This document shows positions 54,936 to 64,000 of a stretch of DNA of 64,000 nt, piece by piece. Each line of letters opens with the position of its first letter. Positions within the stretch are counted from its first letter, which is position 1. The translations under genes and the position numbers were made by a program. Location of the stretch: NCBI GenBank assembly GCA_965113315.1, contig OZ220363.1. One strand, written 5' to 3'. The DNA is from Podarcis vaucheri. Its lineage: Eukaryota. The notes under the pieces are model-generated. The model was given only the letters and a program-made list of their open reading frames with translations, did not search any database and was not told the origin of the DNA.

Positions 54936-56504
54936 TCAGTTCAATTAAACTTTTTGTTTCACTAGCCATAAGCCATGGCATCATTCAGAAGGAGAACAAA
55001 AAACAACAACAATAACCATAAAAATCATCGGGCACCACACATACAATAAAAACATGGTCACGGCTACTAAAATTATTTGTTGCATTAAATCAAATAGAAT
55101 AGCAGAAGATTCTCATGTAAGATGTGCCAAATTAAATATCTGGAAACCCCTTGCAGTTGACCGCTATTTTATCTAGTTCCTTCCTCCTGATCTTCTTAGC
55201 TGCCAGTGCATAGAGTGCTACTTTATAAGTAACAAAGTCGTCAGTGTCGCTCAGCAGCCATTTCACCCTTTCCACCCTATTCAAATGTGTTCCATTCGTA
55301 AACAGGGGTTTTATAAATCGGTCTCTTGGGTTTATCACAGGCACTGTGATAAATAATGGCACAGGTCCTCGACACAGGGTTGTCCACACAGACAGAGTCT
55401 CTCTTCGTAATGCACTTTGCCGTACCATCCACCGAGGGCATCGATTGGAATCATAGTTCTGTAAAAGCGATTCTTAGTATGGCAAGTGGGAGCTTTGTCA
55501 GGTATCTGGATCGGGCATGCTCCGTTTTGATAAGTGGGAACCATGGTGAGCTCTTGGTAGAACCGATCATGTTTAGATCCTTTTCTGCATCAGGCCTAAA
55601 GAGACAGTCTCTTAAGTGCCTCTTATCCATCTTCATGGTCACCTGGAGATCTTGTAATTGATATTGGGACAAGAGGCACTGGATGTCAGCCTTCCAGCAT
55701 TTGGTCTGTTCCTGTTCTCTGTAAGCCATAATGGGGAATCTCTCCTCTGAAAGAGATTGAAGTCTTTTCACATAATTTAAGCACAGGCAATCAATTCTAG
55801 CCTGTATTGTTATCACGTCAGCTTCAGCACCAAGAAGAGCAGCTGGAGTCCTGTTGGGGAGTGAGAGCACTTTCCTGAGGAATCTGTTCTGCACTATTTC
55901 TAAGGCTTTGTTAGCCTTTGGGTCCATGCCCCATATCACTACTCCATAGAGCATCTGGGAAACCACTTTGCTGGTAAAGATTTTCAGCACAGGTTCTAGT
56001 AACTGACCACCCACCGTAAAATAGAATTTCATTAATGCCCCACAAGATTTCTGTGCTTTGAGTTTCATAGCCTCAATGTGCCCCTTCCATGATAGTGTCT
56101 CAGTGAAGTGAACTCCAAGATAGCTGAAGGAGTGTGTTTGCTCCAGATTCTGCTGATCCATTTTCCATTTAAATCTGGGACTACGCTTCCCAAAGACCAT
56201 GATTTTGGTCTGGGAGTAATTCACGACGAGGTCTTCCCGCTTGCAGTACATGCTAAACACTGTAAGCAGATTGTTAAGACCTAATCGGGAGAGTGATAGG
56301 AGCACCACCTCATCGGCATACAGCAGACAAGATATTTTCCTATTACTAATTGATGGGCCGGGGGATTGCACCAGTGCTAGGTGTGGCACCATATCATTTA
56401 TATAAAAGTTGAAAAGTGTGGGAGCCAATATGCAGCCTTGTTTCATGCCTTTTGATGTCTTGAATGCTTCCGACAGACCTCCCTTTAAACCCACTCTGAC
56501 TCGT
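54936..56504 (-). mobile_element. 5'-truncated non-LTR retrotransposon (RTE-X-like), RT plus CCHC domain, inactivated
   Basis: ORF 55451..56494 has GMKQGCILAPTLF, LLYADE and YLG RT motifs; frameshifted RLCLCGQPCVEDLCHYLSQC; 13-bp TSD CAATTGCATTATA at 54923-54935 and 56505-56517. Clade assignment is an inference. Confidence 0.88.
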
Positions 56505-56613
56505 CAATTGCATTATAGTTGCAGGGGCAGAATACAAGATTCAGGTTTTGAACAGAAGCTCAGATGTTTCTGTGCACGGAGTGGTATCTGCATTTTATGG
56601 GGTCTTACAAATA

Positions 56614-56855
56614 CAGTAGTACCTCGGATTAAGAACTTAATTCATTCCAGAGGTCTGTTCTTAACCTGAAATTGTTCTTAACCTGAAGCATCACTTTAGC
56701 TAATGGGGCCTCCTGCTGCCGCTGCACCGCCGGAGCACGATTTCTGTTCTTATCCTGAAGCAAAGTTCTTAACCCAAGGTACTATTTCTGGGTTAGCAGA
56801 GTCTGTAACCTGAAGCGTCTGTAACCTGAAGCGTATGTAACCCGAGGTACCACTG
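56614..56855. mobile_element. Tigger/pogo-like MITE
   Basis: TA|CAGTAGTACCTC ... GAGGTACCACTG|TA. Confidence 0.88.
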
Positions 56856-57236
56856 TAAATAGTTATTTGCCCTGTAGGAAACTGAATAATAGAACAGTGC
56901 AGGAGAGAAAACATGCAGGCAGTGCCATCTGGTGTTCAAATTGAAAATGACTCAAAGTAAGGTATTCATTTTGAATTATGAAAGAAGAAGACACATTTAA
57001 ACCTAGGGAGGCAACTAAATGTAACAAAGCAAACAAACATGATTGTGTAGAATCATGTCTAATTCTGTGCACGAGCAGACTTGAACTTATATGAAGGACC
57101 ATCTTTTAGTGCCACTGCCTGATGTCTTCCATTGTCACCCCTACTTCACTGGTTTCCTCCTTTACAATCCCTAGTTGTTGAACATTTACAGAATGAAATT
57201 TCATTAGGATGATTCACTGCGGGTATCATTCTAAAC

Positions 57237-57585
57237 CAGTGGTTCCCAAAACATTTTCCCCACAGGCCACTTGAATACTGCTGATCATCTTGGCAGGCCA
57301 CTTAATGATTCCCTCCTGCCTCTTCTAGTAATTGGAATATGCTGTATTATATGCCGCATGATTCTTAAATATACTTTTCTTGCTTCTTTTACTTCTTATT
57401 TTCTATTTTACTGTATCACAATTTGCATTCCTTAGAATTCAGATTGCAATACAGTGGAATACAATATAAGAAATAAAAGAAGCAGGAAAAATACAATGAA
57501 GATATGAATATTCACATGCTACAGACTACCTGAATGCAGTTTGTGGATTGCTGGTGGTGCCTGACCCATAATCTGGGAACCTGTG
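57237..57585. mobile_element. hAT-Charlie-like MITE
   Basis: CAGTGGTTCCCAAA ... TCTGGGAACCTGTG ends; flanks TTCTAAAC / TTGTAAAT. Confidence 0.6.
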
Positions 57586-57907
57586 TTGTAAATTATATAC
57601 TTCCTTCTGAAAAGACATTTGCACTAAAAATGGCAGGCCTGGCACGCACACAAAATCTATAGAAACTGGAGAAGATGCTTTGGAAATAGCCACTGTGGTT
57701 TGAAAAGAGTGAATAAATGGAATGCCAGGGCAAGAGGACTGTGTGCAAGTGTTTTTGATAGTAGGAGCAGGGGGAGCAGAATCTCTATATCCAGCCATCA
57801 AAGGTGTAAATACCACATACCCACATGATAAGAACATAAGAACAGCCCAGCTACTGAATCAGACCAAAGCATCCTATTCCTACAGTGGCCATAGCAACAC
57901 GTAATGA

Positions 57908-57927
57908 TAGTAGTAGTAGTAGTAGTA

Positions 57928-57972
<45 letters not shown>

Positions 57973-58118
57973 TATTTATACCCTGCCCATCTGGCTGGGT
58001 TTCCCCAGCCACCCTGGGCAGCTCCCAATTGAATATTAAAAACAAGATAAAACATCAAACATTAAAAACTTCCCTAAACAGGGCTGCCTTCGGGTGTTTT
58101 CTAAAAGTCAGGTTGTTG
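57908..58118 (-). mobile_element. L2-like LINE 3' end with (TAA)n/(TAG)n microsatellite tail
   Basis: Reverse complement of the 49190-49720 element; tail microsatellite at 57908-57971. Confidence 0.75.
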
Positions 58119-59029
58119 TCACACCCCCCCCCCTTTGTGGTAGCAAAATCCATTGTTTTAACTATTGGTTAACTATACACTATTTCCTTATGTCTACCCT
58201 GATGCTCCCACCATTCAATTTAATTAGATAACCTCGGATTCTAGTATTATGAGAGGAGAAAAGCGTCTCTTTATCTGCTTTCTCCATGCCATGTATTGTT
58301 TTATAATTCTCCATTATGCTGCCATCCCCTTACTGGATTCATTTCTTTCTACCTGCTCTCAGCTCCGTCAGGCCTATTAGCTGACTAAGAAATTCCTGTC
58401 CTGCTTTTCTAATTCAGATGGAGTACTCAAGCTGGCTAACATCAGTAATAAAAACAATGAAATGGTAAGAAGAATCAAAGAGTGAAACAACTCCCAGAGA
58501 AGGACCAGCTCTATCATTAGGCAGAGTTGGCCTCTGCAGCAACAGCACTCCTGGCTAATCTCCCTGAGCCCCCTCAGCCATAACCCTCTCTTGTTCCTTT
58601 GTCTTTCCTAGATCCATCCCCCACATCTGATCTGCTACCTAAAGGGTACTGGAGGATATTACCCAAGTAGCAGTGTTGAAAGAAGATGCAAGTGCCAGTT
58701 GTGTCAGCTTCTGTACATGGGACTGGCAGGGCGCACCATCTTGTCTTTTACCTCAGGCGGCAAAATGTCTTGTGCTGGCTCTGGAAGGCAACAAAAAGAA
58801 CCAGATATTAACAAGACTGAAAAAGCATTTTAAAGGCCATTTAAGCTAGCAGCCACAAAATGATTACAGTTTAACAATTAAAAGCCTGGGGAATGGAAAA
58901 ATTCACCTGACGAAAAGGAAAAGGAAAAGGAAAAGAGTTACATCTGCACCATACATCTAAAGCTCATGCATGGCTTCCCCCTCCCCAAATAATCCTGTGA
59001 ACTGTAGTTTGTACCTCACAGAGGTATAA

Positions 59030-59380
59030 AAAGGTAAAGGGACCCCTGACCATTAGGTCCAGTCGTGGCCGACTCTGGGGTTGCAGCACTCATCTCGCTT
59101 TATTGGCCGAAGGAGCCGGCGTACAGCTTCCAGGTCATGTGGCCAGCATGACTAAGCCGCTTCTGGCGAACCAGAGCAGCGCACGGAAATAGCATTTACC
59201 TTCCTGCTGAAGCGGTACCTATTTATCTACTTGCACTTTGAGGTGCTTTCGAACTGCTAGGTTGGCAGGAGCAGGGACCGAGCAACGGGAGCTCACCCCA
59301 TCGCGGGGATTCAAACCGCTGACCTTCTGATCAGCAAGTCCTAGGCTCTGTGGTTTAACCCACAGCGCCACCCGCGTCCC
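59030..59380 (-). mobile_element. Full-length Sauria SINE
   Basis: Reverse complement of 49290-49643; 13-bp TSD CACAGAGGTATAA at 59017-59029 and 59381-59393. Confidence 0.93.
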
Positions 59381-59586
59381 CACAGAGGTATAATCCCCAG
59401 CAAGCTACAGTTCCCAGGGTTCTCGGGAGGGGGAGCCATGGGCTTTAAATGTTAGTGTGGGTGTGACTAAAGGCAGCAAAGCAGATGCCAGCAGGGCTGA
59501 AACCAAACTCTTCTTTGCCTGAGCACCCCACAGAGGTGTTCCATTACCTAGACCAATTAACAAAAGTAAGCTTTCCTTGCCTACCA

Positions 59587-59827
59587 CAGTGGTACCTCTA
59601 GTTATAAACTTAATTAGTTCCGGAGGTCCGTTCTTAACCCGAAACTGTTCTTAACTAGAGGCATGCTTTCGCTAATGGGGCCTCTTGCTGCCACTGCGCT
59701 GCCGGCACACGATTTCCGTTCTCATCCTGGGGCAAAGTTCTTAACCCAAAGTAACTCTTCCAGGTTAGTGGAGTTTGTAAACCGAAACATTTGTAACCTG
59801 AGGCATTTGTAACTCGAGGTACCACTG
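59587..59827. mobile_element. Tigger/pogo-like MITE
   Basis: CAGTGGTACCTC ... GAGGTACCACTG|TA; collinear with 56614-56855. Confidence 0.87.
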
Positions 59828-60929
59828 TATTTCTTAAAAGGGGTATGTTTGAACCACAGAACAAGCCCATTCCAATCTGGGTATGTGTGTGTGTGTGTTT
59901 TAACCTGCTATTACTTAATTCCTTTTGTCACATCTATAAAAGTGATGGTCAGATTCCATCTGGCATCCGTGGTGGACATCTTTAACACATCAGCTAATTC
60001 AGGCTGGAAATCAGGAACTTTCAGGAATCAGCTGAATTTTTTTCCTTTAACACTTTCTTAATGCTAAGGATAGACTGCTATAATGGAGCTGTGCTTGAAG
60101 ACTATTGGAGAGCAGCTGGTGCAGAGCAACCAAACATGGTGGGCTGCCAAAATCACATGACATCACTAGTGCTCTGGTCTCTGCACTGGCCTCTGTCAGT
60201 TAATGGTTGCCTGGCAGCACTATTCCAGATGCTCGTTTTGATCTCTGAAACTATATGAAGAAAGAAGAAAAAATGTTCCAAACTTTTCCAAGATCTATTT
60301 GTGCCTGCTGCCGGGAAACAGAATAACTGTGTACCCCTCAGAGATGTGTTCCTATTATTTGGAACACTTCACGCTGATGTGCTGCCATATTTCTCTTTTC
60401 AAAATGTAGCAAAACTGGAAAATTGGCTGAAAGACCAAAATCTGAGGTTTGATTTAGCTACTGAAGTGGTCTCTCTGTTTGCTTTGCTTCAAATGGTCAA
60501 AGTAGTCATTGAAAAAGGGGGAAAGGGGTCTGTCTCTTTGGGAAAGAAGGTAATACTGGCTAAAGAAGAAAAGTCACAAAGGGATTTTGTTGTTGCTTGA
60601 ATTGTTGTGCTAGCAGAAATCCCACAATGGGGAGAATCAGCAGGACCCCCAGAACAAAGTTTCCCAGACAAGAAACATTTTACTGTACCTACAGCTTTTT
60701 AAATTTTGTTGAGCGTTGTAGCCAATACTAGTCTTATTCAGAGTACACCTATTGAACTTATGGGCATGACTAAATTAATTGATTTCAGTGGGTCTGCTGT
60801 GAGTAGGATTTAGTGGCATATAACTCAAAATCATAACCTTGGCTACAATTTTAATGAAGGATTTGCATGCCAATTGTTATAACAGAATTTGTGAAGAAGG
60901 TACACCCGTATTAGGAGGTGGTATAGGGG

Positions 60930-61139
60930 AAGTGCAAGTAGATAAATAGGTACCGCTCTGGCGGGAAGATAAAAGGGAGTTTCCGTGCACTGCTCTGGTT
61001 TGCCAGAAGTGGCTTAGTCATGCTGGCCACATGACCTGGAAGCTGTACGCCGGCTCCTCGGCCAATAAAGCAAGATGAGGCCGCAACCCCAGAGTCGGCC
61101 ACGACTGGACCTAATGGTCAGGGGTCCCTTTACCTTTAC
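60930..61139 (+). mobile_element. 5'-truncated Sauria SINE
   Basis: Matches the 3' half of 49290-49643; 8-bp TSD TATAGGGG at 60922-60929 and 61140-61147. Confidence 0.9.
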
Positions 61140-63489
61140 TATAGGGGGAAAGAAAGAGAAGTGTTCTGTGACACTGGTGTCCTGCTTCTGGGATTCCTAT
61201 AGGCAACTTGGTTGGCCACTGTGAGAACAGGATGCTGGATTAGATTTGACTCCAGCAGGGCTCCTCTTCTTTTGTTATTCCATGTTCTCCATACAAGAGG
61301 TGTCTGGACCTTCATAAGCTATCCCATACTAGCAACATGCCTGCCACATGGGGCGTGTGGCTGAGTGCCAGATTCAAGTTGGCCAGATCAGAGTGCTGTA
61401 GCAGTTAAGAGTTTGGGACGAAGATTGAGGAGACTCCCCTCAGCCCTGAAGTTGACTTCGGATGACCTTGAGCAAGTCATCATCTCTCCTGCTGCTGCTA
61501 CAGGAAAAGAAGGCACTCAGGAGGCTTCTACATTTTTGCCTTGCTTCAACAATGGAATCTTTTCAACACATATACATACGGAGAAACTGGAGAACCTTCC
61601 CAAGGGCATAACCATATTGTCAACTGTTTTGTACCAAATGTAGACTTTCCCTCAGTAAAAGGTTAATTGTGTCACAGTGCATCTTTCATCATGGAAAAAA
61701 TTCTGAGCCACCAGCATGAAGATCATGGGCAAACGTCTGTCTTAAAAGGAAAAATGCCAGTGTCTCTTCACACCAAAATCAGGTCACCAAAGATTTGGTC
61801 AAATACCTCATATGGCTTCTGGTGTTTTAAAAGGCCAAGGATACTGGTGAGCCTATCCAACAGCTGTGCGTTATGGAAATGTTGTGATGGACTGAATTTA
61901 AATTGGATCTGGTTTTCTCCTTCAAGGGATTGTGGATTGGCCAGGAACTGAAAATATGTACTCGTCCAGATTAAATATTTGTCTAGAACTTTGCGAAGAC
62001 TCTCTGCCGGGCCATGCACTTGTTGCATAAAATCTGGAGGTTGCTCTTCTTTATTTCCATGAATTACATAAGTGAGTCCTGTGTTATACATGGCTGGACA
62101 GAAACGATTGCTTATTGTGAGTCAAACCTATTCCTAATATTGACTGACATTAGAACAAGAAGCGTCTTACTTTAGGTTTGCCTTCTTGTAGCACACGTGT
62201 ATGGTGTGACTACCACGTTTACTTCTGACACAGTAAAAGACCGCCCAATATGTTTTTAGGCTGTCATTTACATGATGAAAATCAGCCTTCACCAACCTAG
62301 TGCCCTCCAAAAGTTTTGGAGTACAACTCCCATTGGCACATGCTGGCAATGGGTTGATAGGGCTGTAATAAGTATTTATTGTGAGCGTGCTTCTGACAGC
62401 TGACATGCAATAGACTGGGAAGCCAAAATGGTCGCCAGTGCAGTAAAGCATTAAATACTAAATGCCATCATGGGGAGCCTCTCAGGTATTTGTTAATGAA
62501 TCATATTTGATGCTAGGAAAAACAACATGCACAGTCTATTCAGTAGTCAGCTGGAAGTGCCTGTAATGTTGAAAAAGGAAGTTGCACAGACCCTGTTTGC
62601 ACCTACAGGCCACCTATGCAATATCCTCTTTCAATGTTCCACAGAAGCACCGCCAGCCAAATGTGGAAGTGATCGCACAGGAGGCTGGTGGCACTAATGT
62701 CCAAATCTTCTCTGGAAGAGGGTAATACTCATGGTCCCTCTTCCTGTAACTTCATCCATAGTTAATTGATAGTTCTGGGTGAAGTTTTCTTGAATATAAA
62801 CTCAGCTGATAAGACATCTTTTATATAATGACACCAACCACAATCAGAAAATAAGTTTCAAATGAGATCAAAAACAATGCTATTCCATTCCAATTGCAGG
62901 ATTCCAATGAAGTCTCAGCAAAGAAGCCTCCAAAGTTCTCCGAATTTCCACCAATGAACCTTTGAACCCTGCCCACAACAAAGGTTACTCAGTGGTAGCA
63001 GTGGCAACTGGCAGGCCTCTATCCAAGGCCTCCATTCCTTACTGGCACCTGGAATGCCAAAATGGCAGCCTGCCAGGAAACAGAGTTTTCCAAACTGCTT
63101 AAGCAAATTAGCAGGGAGCCCAGAAAGCTTCATGCCTCAGGGCTTCTTGCTCATCCCAGGTGTATTCCAGGTGTGAGGAACCCTGGGGCATGTACTGAAT
63201 ACACAAGGACCCAGAAAAAGCATATGCCCTGGGGCCTCCTGGCTGATATTCTCACGCTTAGAAGTTCAATCTGTAATGTAGCCAACTATTATGAGCAGAG
63301 TGATGGATTGCCAGCATCTGCTCCTTCCAATAATTTGCCAGGATACATCAACCTCCATCAGTTTGCCATCCATTGCTTTTCTCCCAACTCTGGGATGTGA
63401 AACAAAAACAAATATGGCTGATGTCTTGAATATTGCCAGCGTTTTATCTCTGCTGTGTTCACCTGCTTGTCCTGTCCCTCTCCATGCCT

Positions 63490-63619
63490 CATTAGTGACC
63501 AATAGTGCATCTATAATAGTCTGATAGCATGACTCCATGTTGCTTGTTGTCCACCATTAGTGACCAATGGTGCATCTATAATAGTCTGATAGCATGACTC
63601 CATGTTGCTTGTTGTCCAC
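63490..63619. repeat. 65-bp tandem duplication
   Basis: Copies at 63490-63554 and 63555-63619 differ at one position. Confidence 0.95.
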
Positions 63620-64000
63620 CAGTTAGCAGGCTCCAGTGATCTGGGCTTTGTTGTGGAACAAGACCTTGGTCTAGTTAAATGTAGTTAAGACTTTAGTGAC
63701 TTCAAAATATAGTCACTATTAATTTTTGTGTGGGATACATTAGGCATGTACCTTCACTGAGCATGTGCAGCTTTGCATGTTAAGCTCACATAAATCTTAG
63801 CACCATCATGACAATAGGAACAACATGGTGTTTGCAAATGTTGCTATGCTGCTCTGCACATTTAATTGGGAATAAGCACCAATAAGGAAACAGAAAAGAT
63901 ACTGTGGTGACATTAGTGGACCCTGTCATGCCAAAGCCTTGCCTAGCTGCTGATCCATAGCCTGTTTGTTGCCGCCCCGATCATCTGCTGCTCTTTGGGT

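Noticed and set aside
57798-58172. Poly-Ile, poly-Leu and poly-Asn ORFs
   Set aside because: Translations of the (TAA)n/(TAG)n LINE tail.

Overview
Vertebrate genomic DNA from a squamate reptile; the full-length Sauria SINEs look lacertid (Podarcis/Lacerta-like), which is an inference. Two protein-coding genes lie tail to tail. On the + strand are the last three coding exons and the ~3.3 kb 3' UTR of RNF141. On the - strand is a complete AMPD3 (AMP deaminase 3): 14 GT-AG coding exons from 36689 down to 12188 give 765 aa from the exon-2 ATG, with candidate alternative first exons in a CpG island at ~42.1-43.9 kb. The rest is intronic or intergenic and rich in transposons: Sauria and other tRNA-derived SINEs, L1/L2/CR1/RTE-X-like LINE fragments, and Tc1/mariner and hAT MITEs. 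The most notable observations are (1) two Tc2-type MITEs with the same termini but different internal arrays of GC-rich hairpins, (2) three miR-25/92-family 8mer sites in the RNF141 3' UTR, one overlapping a poly(A) signal, (3) interleaved poly(A) signals of the two convergent genes, and (4) up to three candidate AMPD3 first exons. Gene and repeat identities come from recognition of the sequence by eye, not from database searches. I found no clear evidence of a wholly new gene system.
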